Of a stretch of 64,000 bases of DNA, positions 34,162-46,712 are shown one piece after another. The notes beneath the pieces are model-generated. The model worked only from the letters and a program-made list of their open reading frames with translations. It had not been told where the DNA came from and did no database searches. Source of the stretch: Octopus sinensis (Eukaryota); NCBI RefSeq assembly GCF_006345805.1, contig NC_043006.1:97278001-97342000 (forward strand), given 5' to 3'. Every line of letters begins with the position of its first letter. The first letter of the stretch is position 1. Made by a program: the position numbers and the translations under genes.

Positions 34162-35396
34162 GGGTTTTTTCTTCAGTCTGTTTTGGGGTTGGCACCGTAA
34201 CAGCAGGAGTGGGATTTTTTGTTTTTGTAGGTGTAGGTGTGTTTGCAAGGGTAGGGACTTTTTTATTATCTGAGGGGCCTGGTGTCTGCGGTTTCTTTTG
34301 TCTGAACAGTCTACACGAATGTGGCCCTTTTTGCCGCAGGCGTAACAGGTGGGTTTTCGGCCTTCGACCTGTACCCTGAGGGCTACGTTCTCGCCCACGA
34401 GCACCCTCTCAGGAAGGAGCTGCAGGTCCTCCGCTGTTCCTTGAATTAATATATTAATGTTACGCCCGAGCCAAAATCGAGGGGTAGAGCATGTTACTTC
34501 TAGTATTTTTATTTTGTTCGCCCTTTTATATAACAGGGCGGCCACTACCTCTACCGGAGGGGCTTCTACAATCCTGACCCGGGACGTCCTGCGTCCTCTA
34601 TAGCTTGAGAAAAGTACCACCTCCTTGGTTTTTAGGGGGTTCACAGAATGCCCGCGGGCCATTTCTTCCCCCGAGAAGCGAACATCCACAGTGCCATATG
34701 CCCGTCCCCTGGTGACGTACACAATGTCCTTCCAAATTGGGGACAGGCATTTCTCGATGGTGCTTTTTTCAAAGTGTTTGAACCTTCTGCTTTGTGGACA
34801 GAAAGTCTTAAACACTATGGTCTCCACGATACTGGCGGAGGGTGATATTTTAACATCACCACCCTCCTCTTGCATTTTTTTAGATAGCTCGACGAGCTGG
34901 TTGACATCGATGTCAATGTTCTCGGTAGCCACTGCAGCTACCGCAGAAAATTTTTTAACATTGCTCTCCTCAAGAGCACTACTTTCGTGAATAATTTCAA
35001 CAGACATTATTCTGTTGAAATTAGACAACACAAAAATTATGAGTATTGGTTTCCCACAAAACTGGGAAACCTATAGAAAGTTTTTCTTCCAAAGTAGTTC
35101 AAAAAAGCAGTTCAAAAATTCCAATTCCCACCCCCATTCGGGGGAGGGGCACGAAAATAGTCTGGCAGGACTATATATAGTCACGTAAATAAAAAGCCAC
35201 AGTGGCTAACAGTTCAACGGTAAGAAATTATTCAATTATTTCCTGGTAAAACCGGAGAACAAGACAGTTCAGCAACGTTTAAAGGCAAATTTTCAGTAGT
35301 AGGAATTCAACAATTAACAACACAGCAAAACTCTTACCGGGAAGAAAACGCGTCCAAACCGTAGTACGGTAAGCAAAGTCACTCTTCTGTCAGTGA
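34162..35396 (-). mobile_element. L1/Tx1-like LINE 5' UTR and open ORF1 with a CCHC knuckle; 3'-truncated
   Basis: ORF 34135-35031 contains VEGRKPTCYACGKKGHIRVDC (CX2CX4HX4C) after RRM-like segments. No ORF2 remains. Confidence 0.7.
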
Positions 35397-36347
35397 GGTT
35401 ACCAATGCTACTTACCACACAGCCACTCCTGCGCCTGTCACATGTTTTTTTTAAAAACAGCCCATCTTTTAGTAGATGAGGTAAAAAGAGTGTAAATATG
35501 CAGCAGAGTTCCAAAAAAAGTCATTTGCATCTAGACATGTCTTGGCTATGTCTCCCCAAAACTATAGTGTAAAAAAAGCTCTTGAATTTTTCTGTAGAAG
35601 TTACGCTTGCACACCTGACGTGTGTCCCCTCATGTTGGCACCGTTATCATATCCTTATCCACGGTTATTTTCAACATCTAACCCAAATGTTTCATGTTTT
35701 TGAAGAAGGATCTTATACAAATTTTCGCTTGTGCTACTTTCCACCACTAAAAACTTGATGAAATGTTCATATACATGCTGGCACACCACCCAATGGTGCA
35801 CACACATGCACATAAAACCTCCTCGTTGTTACTGGCGAAAGAAAGAAAAAGAAAAATATCAAATGGCGGTGCCCCAGCATGGCCACAGCTCATGAGCTGA
35901 AACTAGAATCAATCAAAAAATAACAAGTGGGGTGGGGGGAAAAAAAGGAAAATAAATAAAAAAAAAATTTGAGAAAGGGGGTAAAATAGAGGTAGAAAGA
36001 GTGAAATGATTAGTGTTCCCATAAGTATCTAACAAAAGTTAGGTACTTCGTTCAGCTTGTGAAACGCATACATACAAATACACACACATATAGACATGTG
36101 TGCAAATAACATGCCCCCACACACACATACACACACACATATTTACTCTTTCACTTGTTTCAGTCATTTGACTGCAGCCATGCTGGACCACCGCCTTTAA
36201 TCGAGCAACTCGACCCCGGGATTTATTCTTTTGTAAGACCAGTACTTATTTTATCGGCCTCTTTTGCTGAACCACTAAGTGATGGGGACATAAACACACC
36301 AGCATCGGTTGTCAATCAATGCTAGGAGGACAAACACAGACACACAA

Positions 36348-36403
<56 letters not shown>

Positions 36404-36429
36404 TATAGATAAACATAAATATAGATAAC

Positions 36430-36862
36430 ATAAATAATTTGCGGGCCAGGGGAGGCCATAGCAAGCCAAAACCTATTATTCAACCTAGAAATACCCACCT
36501 TAATGTCAGAGTTGACTCCCCGACCCAGTACAAAAACAGGAATAAATATATTTGGTTTGTAATTCTCTATGGTAAACAAATAAGATCTAACCTACCCCTG
36601 CAGTTTCGCCAAGCCATTGCCAGTAATTTTCCCAGAAATTCCAGATATTACGCCACTGTTAACTCACACAAGTTAGGATAGCCTTCTCCCATACTAAAAA
36701 GCTGCGCATTTGTTTGGAGATTTAAGTTCCTGGATTTTCCTGAAGAGAAAGCTGCAAAATGGTCTCCTTATTCAATCCGAATTAGGGAATTTGCAGCCTT
36801 TGAAACATATGTAGAAAATAATAAAAAGGAATTTTGTAAAATCTTCGTTCTTCCCTCACTAA
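36430..36862 (+). mobile_element. Penelope-like fragment (RT-endonuclease linker and hammerhead-bearing end)
   Basis: KNRNKYIWFVILYGKQIRSNLPLQF...NFP resembles the PLE linker R..IWF..P.....TN....F.....FP; followed by a hammerhead. Confidence 0.6.
36734..36819 (+). ncRNA. Type I hammerhead ribozyme (Penelope-type)
   Basis: ATTTTC-CTGAAGA-GAAAGCTGCAAA...TTTGCAGCCTTT-GAAAC-ATAT-GTA-GAAAAT; perfect 6-bp stem I. Confidence 0.8.
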
Positions 36863-37488
36863 ATATATATATATATATATACATACATACATACATACGA
36901 CGGGCTTCTTTCTGTTTCCGTCTACCAAATCCACTCACAAGGCATTGGTCGGCCCGGGGCTATAGCAGAAGACACTTGCCCAAGATGCCACGCAGTGGGA
37001 CTGAACCCGGAACCATGTGGTTGGTTAGCAAACTACTTACTACACAGCCACTCCTATTTCATTTATTTTATTTTCAAATTTTAATGTACCCTGGTATTAA
37101 GTCTTTTCACCCTTTCGATATCTACAATAAGTAATAGACTGCCTGGACTGTCTTCTACCTTAATTAAATATTAATAGTAACTATACACACTTGAATTAAA
37201 CTCTATATACTAATTTTCTATTGCTTTAATATGGATGCACATAATATCACATTAGATGACATTTATACCAATATATCTACTTGAGTTTTTCTTTTACTAA
37301 ACACCTGAGATGAATATATTGATCAACTCTTCCTTTACAACTCCAATATACACCACCTTCCTCCCCTTTCTAAGATTTATACCAGGTTTTATTCTATGTT
37401 CTTTTTGCATAAATTTTATCAGTTAAAAATTTGAAGCCATCTACTCAACATGCAGGAATTGAACACCTATTTTGTATATCTTAGACCA

Positions 37489-37569
37489 CCTCTGACGAGG
37501 TTCGACTTCAAAAGTAATTTTTTATTTTATTAATTTTCTGAAGGGCTTGAATTGAAACAGCTGCAAGGG
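37489..37569 (+). ncRNA. Degenerate hammerhead motif in a PLE-like end
   Basis: CCT-CTGACGA-GGTTCG...TTGAATT-GAAAC-AGCT-GCA-AGG; the cleavage triplet is non-canonical (GCA). Confidence 0.5.
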
Positions 37570-39349
37570 ATGTTTGTCAATTTTTTAATTAATAAATAAT
37601 AATTTAATTATCTCTATTTTCTTAATATAAATAGGAAATAGTGGCACAGCAAAGTACCAACGTTTGCTGGAAATAGGAGTTGATAACCATTGTTAAGCTA
37701 TTGTAAAGCTTCACTGTATAGAAGCAAAGATGTGTGTGGGCTGAGAAAAAAAAATTCGTCTTACCTTGAAAGGAATGCCAGAGAAAAATGGATAACCTAG
37801 TTCTTGAGTTTTGGACTTTCCAGATTATGTTTATCGTAAATCTGGTTAGTCTTCATCAGTTTGGTTCACCACAGACGAAATTTGGAATATCTGCTACATC
37901 AATGCCTATGCACTCGGCTTATAGTACAAGCCATAAACAGAACTGATAACAAACATATTCTGGAAAGTCTGAAACTAATATCATAACTTGTCAGTTATTT
38001 GGTGTGTGATCTATAATTTAAAGGGCAATTACTTTGGGTTATTTTTTAGTTTACTTTTCAATTTTTAAAACTCTTAACTGTTGGCTAAAGATTTTTTTAC
38101 AATAAATTTCTTTGTACATAGCATTGTAAATGTATTTTTTTCAAAATTCTTGTAATTTTGATAATGATAAAACTATGTTTCATTTATGTCTTAGTTTTTT
38201 TTATTATTATTCACTATGATAATTGAAATAAGCATGCAGATCACACAAGTTTGGCAGCCACGAGTTCTGCTATGTAAAGGAACTAAAAACTAACCTACCC
38301 TTGGAGTTGTAGATCACACGCCAAAGTAGCACCCTGTAAAATTTACCCCTATCCATTACTTGCAAACAGATGTGATATTTTCCCCTCAGAGCATTTAGAT
38401 TAACTTAATTTCTTGAAATTTTTATCCAGTTGTTTGCAACTATGGCTTAGTTAAGCTTCTTTTCATTTTATTGTTTTTTTTTACAACACCCCTTAACTTA
38501 ATTTTCCGATAATTAACTCAGTTCAAGTAATTTCCCTTCAGTGTGCGTGCGTGCGTGAAAATTATACTGGGCAGAAAAAAACTATAACTATTTTCCTATA
38601 AGTAAACCTCTTTGTCAGCTGATTGCTAGACTTGTGTACAGATTTTGTGCTTTGCTCACAAGCTCTAAAAACATTCTCTGTTGCTTTCCCTCACTTGCCT
38701 GCAAACAACAGTTTTTTTTTTTTTTGCCTTGACACGTGGAGAAATTGATTTGTAAACATTAAAGCAATATTTTACAACCATATGCCTTGTTGCTAACCCC
38801 TGTGAGCTTTCCAAATAAGCTGTCTATTTCACACGTCTTCAATGGCACAAAGCAAGCAGATGTTGTTTTCAAGAGTGATAACAACATCAAGACTGGCCGT
38901 TGTTTGTAACTTTATTAGAGTAGAAATGTAAACAGGTGTGTGTGTGTGTGACCTGCATATTTGACAAACCCCTTTCGGTCAAATATATAAGTGGGTTGTA
39001 TGTTGCTTTGAGCCTGAAGCCACTTAGCTGGAGAGCAAACTTCCAAAGCATTTTGTCATGGCTTTGAGAAATTTATGAACTTTTTTACCATTATCACTAT
39101 CCCATTTTAGAACAAAAGGTCATATGTTCATTCTTTTTTTTTTTTTTTTTTTTTTTTTTGTTACACTACAAAAGCATTCAGCGTATCTGCTATGACAGCA
39201 AGAATTTAAGAATTTGAATAAATCTATCTTTTTATTATTATTATTATTATTATGCAAAATACACTGGCCAGAATTTTTCTTTTTTCTTATAAAAAAAAAA
39301 TCAGTGACCTTGAATAGATTACACTATCCTTATAAGTTCTAATAGACAA

Positions 39350-39580
39350 GGCGGCAAGCTGGCAGAAACGTTAGCACGTCGGGCGAAATGTGTAGCCGTA
39401 TTTCGTCTACCGTTACGTTCTGGGTTCAAATTCCGCCGAGGTCGACTTTGCCTTTCATCCTTTCGGGGTCGATAAATTAAGTACCAGTTACACACTGGGG
39501 TCGATGTAATCGACTTAATCCCTTTGTCTGTCCTTGTTTGTCTCCTCTGTGTTTAGCCCCTTGTGGGTAGTAAAGAAATA
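39350..39580 (+). mobile_element. tRNA-derived SINE family B
   Basis: A box GCTGGCAGAAACG, B box GGTTCAAATTCC, tail CTTGTGGGTAGTAAAGAAATA; multi-copy in the window. Confidence 0.9.
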
Positions 39581-40537
39581 TATAAGTTCTTTTAGACTAA
39601 ACCATGTCTATTGGTCATCCGTTGCTGAAAACAAAAATCTAGTTTTACTTCCATAGAAGTCTCCGTTTTTCTTTTGAAAATTGCCAGAAGTGCCACTAGG
39701 TTTCTTTTTTTCTTTCTCTAAGTAAATAGGAAAATTTGAAATAAAAATGTCCTTTTTCATTAGTTACCTAAATTCATTGCTGCTTGTTCATTTGAGTTAT
39801 TTTCCTATTGATTATATTGTTTTATTCATTGTAACTTTGTTTTAAATTGTTATAAATAAATATTCAAACACAACCACAGTCTTGCTTTTGTTAATGTTTG
39901 TTTGTCATATTTTTTTGTTCATATCTCTCTCTGCAAACACACAGAGTAAAATGAGGACAGGACTTGCTCACTCCATTTGTCTTGTTTGTAATTGTAAAAT
40001 CTCTAGATATTTGTGGATTTTAAGGCATGGGTCTGATAACCTGTACCTGTGGATGAGCTTAATATCATAAACTCCAGGGTTAAGACTCAAATGAAATTTT
40101 ATATTTATAAACACACACACACATATACACTGCTAACAAAAACGGTTTGTATGCATTCTTCCTTACAACTCTTCAATGTTATTGTACAAAAAATTGTAAC
40201 ACTGATGGTGGGTCTGTAATGATATTTCCAATGAGGTCAGTTTTGGAAAAGTGTTCCATTCTGAAGCCTGGGATTTTGTTTGTGTTCCATAGTACAGTTC
40301 AAAGACTGTCCACGGAGAGAAGGCATTTGGGAATGAGAAATGTGAAATTGCTTTTAAAGATTTTAATACTAGTTTGCATTACAAGCTGGAGCCATTGAGG
40401 GATCCACTGTGTAGTCACTCGAGTTGCTAGAAATAGCAATAGTTTTTCTTAACTCACTACTTTTTAAAAAATAAGTGTAGGACACATTGATTAATGTAAT
40501 TCTCGATACACCTCAGCTACCTTGAGACAGGATGGTC

Positions 40538-40910
40538 AGTGGCTGTGTGGTAAGTAGCTTGTTCACCAACCACATGGTTCCGGGTTCAGTCCCACTCCGT
40601 GGCACCTTGGGAAAGTGTCTTCTACTATAGCCTCGGGCCGACCAATGCCTTGTTAGTGGATTTGGTAGACGGAAACTGAAAGAAACCCGTCGTATATATG
40701 TATGTGTGAGTGTGTTTGTCCCCCTAGCATTGCTTGACAACCGATGCTGGTGTGTTTACGTCCCCGTCACTTAGCGGTTCGGCAAAAGAGACCGATAGAA
40801 TAAGTACTGGGCTTACAAAAGAATGTCCCGGGGTCGAGTTGCTCGATTAAAGGCGGTGCTCCAGCATGGCCGCAGTCAAATGACTGAAACAAGTAAAAGA
40901 GTAAAGAGAG
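40538..40910 (+). mobile_element. SINE family A
   Basis: A box TGGCTGTGTGG, B box GGTTCAGTCCC, internal (TA)/(TG), tail GACTGAAACAAGTAAAAGAG. Confidence 0.92.
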
Positions 40911-41137
40911 TTGGAATGCCTTTGAATATAGATCTGACCTTAGATACACATAAACAAGAAAAAAAAATCGAGTAGATTATCATGGCAGGAATATTTTTGG
41001 TTAGGGTCTAAACAGGTATGAAATTCCAAAATTACCTGTCATTAAGTATGCATCTGATCCCATTTCGTTAATTTGAGACCTATCCTTAAAGTTTTGATGC
41101 TTCACCGATGAACAAAATCATGAACATTCATCTAAAA

Positions 41138-41408
41138 CAGGGGTTCTCAACCATTTTTTAAGATCTTTTGATTAATATTTTATTCTGGTGGACCCCAGAG
41201 CGATTCAATGTTTAAAAACTAGTTTTATAGAAAGTTATGTAGGTTGGAGTAGGGTTCAATGTTTGAGAAGGACACCTTGCTGTTCCTTGCAATACATACA
41301 ACTAAAGCAACATTTTTTCAGGGGCCTTTAAAATACCATTGTGGATCAATCTACTATTTTGTTGTGTGGGTCCCCTCAAAACATATGGTCCCCTGTTGAG
41401 AATCACTG
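41138..41408. mobile_element. hAT/Charlie-type MITE
   Basis: TIRs CAGGGGTTCTCAAC / CAGTGATTCTCAAC; the flanks share only ATCT (decayed TSD). Confidence 0.65.
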
Positions 41409-41433
41409 ATCTCAGGCTTACAGAAGTCACTGT

Positions 41434-41655
41434 AGCGGCGAGCTGGCAGAACAGTTAGCACGCCGGGCGAAATGCTTAGCGGTATTTCGTCTGTCTTTAC
41501 GTTCTGAGTTCAAATTCCGCCGAGGTCGACTTTGCCTTTCATCCTTTCGGGGTCGATAAATTAAGAACTAGTTACGCACTGTGGTCGATCTAATGGACTT
41601 CGTCTGTTCTTGTTTGTCCCCTCTATGTTTATCCCTTTGTGGGCAATAAAGAAAT
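41434..41655 (+). mobile_element. SINE family B
   Basis: Aligns to 39350-39580. Confidence 0.9.
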
Positions 41656-41911
41656 GAGAAATCTCTGCCCATAGCAATCCCTAGAGTTGTTTATGTCAAC
41701 ACGAAATTGCTGGAATTGGAAGTTGACGCAATTCCAAGGCCCGACAGAGCAGAAAATGAATAAATGAAATAAATACTGATGTAATGTCATCCAGACTCCT
41801 CATCCTCTCACGTTTATTCCTAACTTTTAGAGAGACTCGTATCCGGCATCACTAACCCCTTGTGCTTTTCAGCATCCAACACGAATTGCTTATGTAATAC
41901 ATGGCAGCTTC

Positions 41912-42301
41912 GGAGGTGCAATGGCCCAGTGGTTAGGGCAGCGGACTCGCGGTCGTAGGATCGCGGTTTCGATTCCCAGACCGGGCTTTGTGAGTGTTTA
42001 TTGAACGAAAACACCTAAAGCTCCACGAGGCTCCGACAGGGGATGGTGGTGATCCCTGCTGTACTCTTTCACCACAACTTTCTCTCACTCTTACTTCCTG
42101 TTTCTGTTGTACCTGTATTTCAAGGGGCCGGCCTTGTCACTCTCTGTGTCACGCTGAATATCCCCAAGAACTACGTTAAGGGTACACGTGTCTGTGGAGT
42201 GCTCAGCCACTTACACGTTAATTTCACGAGCAGGCTGTTCCGTTGGTTCGGATCAACCGGAACCCTCGTCGTCGTAACCGACGGAGTGCTTCAAAAAAAA
42301 A
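41912..42301 (+). mobile_element. Full-length tRNA-derived SINE family C with poly(A) and a 13-bp TSD
   Basis: A box TGGCCCAGTGG, B box GTTTCGATTCC, A-tail; TSD ACATGGCAGCTTC at 41899-41911 and 42302-42314. Confidence 0.9.
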
Positions 42302-42624
42302 ACATGGCAGCTTCAACTACAAAATATTCTTCAAATGTCATTTTAACTATCACGGTTATCGGGCAAAACTTTTTGAGTCTTGCTCCTGCTATCCACTTAC
42401 ACTCGGAGTGTGTCGGGGTAAAAACTCAGGAGGGTAAGTGAGCATGAGTAGTCAATTGTCAGTAAAGAGCCTTCACACTAGACACAGACTCGTAAAATTA
42501 TTTTTGGCAACAAAAAACTGTTTACTTATTTATATTCATGATAAGATCAAAGGAACATTATCAGACCACTTAAAATAAAGAAATCAAAGCAAGGAATTTG
42601 AGCGTGTAAATATTTATTTATATA

Positions 42625-43490
42625 CAAGATTCGAACAAAATTATGGATACACCTTGTTAGATGGAAATTGTGCCGAGGTCGACTTTATCATCTTTTTGGA
42701 GTCGCTAAAATAAGTGCCAGTTGAACGCTGGGGTCGATATAATCAACTCATCCCCTCCCTCTAAAGTGCTGCCCTTGTGGAAAAATTTGAAACCAATCAC
42801 AGCTTGCGTCAGGGATTCAAGTCGTAAAGGTTCTGGTCGGTTGTTAGAGAAATTTTGAATACATCTTTGAACCGATGGTAGCCAAGGGAGGCAATTCTTC
42901 ACTTGCTGTTTGAAAATGCTCATAAATGTTTGATTATTATTAGATCCAGTGATAGTGAGATCAATCCACGTGGTCTGCTTCGCTGTTGTTCCCCTCATAC
43001 CAATTTTGAAGAAGACAAGCCGTGTGAACTGGCGCATAATCCGCTATTATCAGGGAACACTGTACCATAGAATGGACACGATTAGACAAAATACAGAGAT
43101 AATCATTAGCTTTAACTCTTTCTTTTAGAAAAGCTAAAGGGGCTAAGAGAATCCCTGACATAATTTTCCCAAATCCTCACCTCCATGCTTCACTGTAAAG
43201 GTCAAAGAGTTAGGGTCGACGGCTTCTTTGGGCTGTCTCCGGATACAAACTAGCCCCGAAATTGAAAAACGGTGAATGATATTTCATCCGAGAAAAGATC
43301 ACATTACTTCATTGAACCATTAACGTCTAGACCCCATTTTTTCCGTTGAAGGGACATAAGACAAGTTCAGAAATTGCAGCCCTCTCATAGCATCCAGCTA
43401 ACTGGAGCTCACGACACTGTTTTAGTTGACAAAAGTTTGGCAAGGTGCTCGTTTAGTTCTGCTGTCACTCATGCTGCCGTAGTTGTTTTT
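42625..43490 (-). mobile_element. Tc1-like transposase relic with a SINE B fragment inserted (~42665-42795)
   Basis: IFSDEISF, VKHGG, VKANDYLCIL...DYAPVHTA...NWY in broken frames. Confidence 0.7.
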
Positions 43491-43584
43491 TGTTTTTGTT
43501 TTTTTTTGTTCTTGATACAAGATGAGGACAAATATCCGTCGAATGTAAATAATGTACATAATTCCTCATCTCTTAAATATAGAA

Positions 43585-43618
<34 letters not shown>

Positions 43619-44457
43619 TGAAAGATAACGAAGACAAAAACACATTAGTAAGTACGGGTCGCACACACACACACACACACACACATTCAGATTTTCTCCG
43701 GATATGAATTCTTGTCTAGAGATTGTTAGAAGTTAACTTGTTAAAAATAAAACGTCTGATATTGCTAGCAGAAGACAAATAGAGAATTTTAAAGAAGATA
43801 TACTGATGATAAAATCCAAAGGAACAACGGAAATGATAGGAAAGCAGCTGAAAATTTGTTGACTCACTCACGAATTTTTCTCTCTGTAAACAATTTATTC
43901 GAATCTCCGAAATGAAATGTTAAACTGGTATTTCTAGGAAATAAATGATTCTTCATTATTTCACATGTGTGTTGCTCTTCGGCCTCACTGGTCTGTTTAT
44001 AATCAAGGCACCTCTGTCATTTGCCGATGACGGGCGTTTTATTTTACTTACAGTACTTTTAAAGACAGATTCGGGCCCAACGGCAGTATACAATATATAG
44101 AAATTATTGAAGTGGCTAGTCGCAATTGAAAACCAAAAATCACAAGTACAAACGTCACTAAAAGTGACTAGGGTGCAAGTCAACGCCAGTGTTACTAGAA
44201 ATAAGAGTCAAAACAACTCTTGGCCTCGAATAGAGTATTTTATGTTCAAAATGCACTTTTCTTCTGAACTGACAAGGGAGACAACCCCCCTAAGAAAGCG
44301 GGGGCGCCATATCACCTGTGATTTCAGATCAAATTAATCCTCATCATTGGCTGATTCAGTAAAATGGTAAAGTGATTATAAAGACGCAATTCAAAATCAA
44401 AAGTATAAACGTCACTAAAAGTGACACACGCATATATATATGTTGTTTAATATGTTT

Positions 44458-44738
44458 TGTCTAGTGAATGTCTGGAAGCCGTTCAGCGACGTGCAACCAA
44501 AAGAATACCCTCCATCCGGCATTTGCCATATCCTGAACGCCTTACTTCCCTGGGCATGGACACATTGAAACTCCGACGTCTCGCAGCTGACTTGGCAGAC
44601 ACCCATAAAATTATCAACCATCGTACAAACAATAACTCTGAGCACCTTTTCAAACTCCACCTGTCTAACACCCGTGGACATATTTACAAAGTCAGAAAAC
44701 AGCACAGCTCCCATGACTTCAGGAAACATTTTTTTCAC
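44458..44738 (+). mobile_element. CR1-group LINE ORF2 C-terminal fragment
   Basis: LEAVQRRATKRIP...YPERL..LGMDTLKLRR..DL...TRGH...RKHFF. Confidence 0.85.
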
Positions 44739-45231
44739 GTATGAATGACGAAGCCACCTTGACTATGAGCCTGTGAACCGTAAAAATTAATACAGAGAGT
44801 TGCTTATTTGTAAAAAAATACATGTGACTTCATTGATTGAGGTTACCGTGGTCTTTTCCGTAGGCTTTTCTTTCCACGGGTACACATCACCTGTCCTCCC
44901 CTTTACACTTTATATTGACATTTCTGTGATAACGATCCCTACTGATCGATTTTTCTTTTTCCTTTCATTTTTTTTTTTTTTGCTTTCCTCTTTCTTTCCA
45001 TTTACGATCCCTTTTGATCGAAAACCAACCTCCCTTTTTATCCCCAAAAAGAAAAGCTCTACCTTGTAATTTGTCCCGCCTGTGTGGCTAATAAAGAAAC
45101 ATATGTATTAACTGTATTTATTTTCGAGAGTCTTTGCGTTTACGGCATCCCTAATATATCATTGCTCTAAACCTGAAATTATTTTCATTTTTACTGCGAC
45201 TTCTGTAAGGATGCTTTGGGCACAAATATAT

Positions 45232-45429
45232 ACTCTTACTCTTTTACTTGTTTCAGTCATTTGACTGCGGCCATGCTGGAGCACCGCCTTTTTTTAGTCG
45301 AGCAAATCGACCCCGAGACTTATTCTTTGTAAGCCCAGTACTTATTCTATCGGTCTCTTTTGCCGAACCGCTAAGTGACTGGGACATAAACACACCGGCA
45401 TCGGTTGTCAAGCAATGCTAGGGTGAGAA

Positions 45430-45468
<39 letters not shown>

Positions 45469-45631
45469 CGACGGGCTTCTTTCAGTTTCCGTCTACCAAA
45501 TCCACTCACAAGGCATTGGTCGTCCCGGGGCTATAGCAGAAGACACTTGCCCAAGATGCCACGCAGTTGGACTGAACCCGGAACCATGAGGTTGGTTAGC
45601 AAGCTACTTACCACACAGCCACTCCTGCGCC
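45232..45631 (-). mobile_element. SINE family A, full length
   Basis: Complete head (GGCGCAGGAGTGGCTGTGTGG) to tail. Confidence 0.92.
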
Positions 45632-45915
45632 TATCTTCATTATACTTACAAAATATTCATTTCTGCTATTAATATGTTTATGTTGCAACTACACACGCAT
45701 CTAGACAAACACTATTATATATCAACATTTAATAAAATTTCATGCGCGCGCACACACACACGTACAATAAAATTTCATGTGGGTTAAAAAGGAAAAACCT
45801 ACTCAGTCGCTCAATCTACACGAAATAGCGGCCATATTAAAATCCTATCGTACTCTCTTATAAAAATGAAGGCACCGGGTATAACATAGTATTAACTACG
45901 CAAAAAGACGAGATA

Positions 45916-46318
45916 AGCGTGGCTGTGTGGTAAGTAACTTGTTTACCAACCACATGGTTCGGGTTCAGTCCCACTGCGTGGCATCTTGGGCAAGTATCTT
46001 CTACTATAGCCTCGGGCCGACCAAAGCCTTGTGAGTGGATTTGCTAGATGGAAACTGAAAGAAGCCCGTCGTATATATGTATATATATATAAATGCGTGT
46101 CTATGTTTGTGTGTCTGTGTTTGTCCCCCTAGCATTGCTTGACAGCCGATGCTGGTGTGTTTATGTCCCCCGTTACTTAGCGGTTCGGCAAAAGAGACCG
46201 ATAGAATAAGTACTGGGCTTACAAAAGAATAAGTCCCGGGGTCGAGTTGCTCGATTAAAGGCGGTGCTCCAGCATGGCCGCAGTCAAATGACTGAAACAA
46301 GTAAAAGAGTAAAAAGAG
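45916..46318 (+). mobile_element. SINE family A
   Basis: Aligns to the other copies. Confidence 0.92.
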
Positions 46319-46712
46319 TCACCACTCGTGAAAGCCAGCCTACATCTACGCGCTCATCCTCACTCATCCACTTACACACACACAAACCAACACCTCTAAT
46401 GACATGAGTAAGAAAGGTGTGATTGTCGTCTGCGCTTAGTTCGGAGAAAGAATGCATACCCAAAGCGATGATTACAGACAATGCTAAACCCAATGGCGGG
46501 ATTTCAAGGAAGAAAGTGCGAAAGAGAATGACAAATGAAATTAAGTATTTAGAGATAATAAAGTGATGAAATGGTGAAGACTAACCATTTCAGTACTTAT
46601 CAACTGTTTCTTTGTTTCTGCGAAGGACCTAAATTTCTCTCCGTCTTTCGCGACAAAAACACCTGGGCCCCATTCCACAATTGAACCATTTTCTATTTTG
46701 AGTTAATCTGTT

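Larger units (their letters stand above)
36142..37054 (-). mobile_element. SINE family A split at its internal microsatellite by a Penelope-like fragment
   Basis: Tail half at 36142-36399, head half at ~36880-37054. Confidence 0.85.

Noticed and set aside
39350-42000. tRNA genes at SINE heads
   Set aside because: A and B boxes run straight into SINE bodies; no full cloverleaf or acceptor stem was seen.
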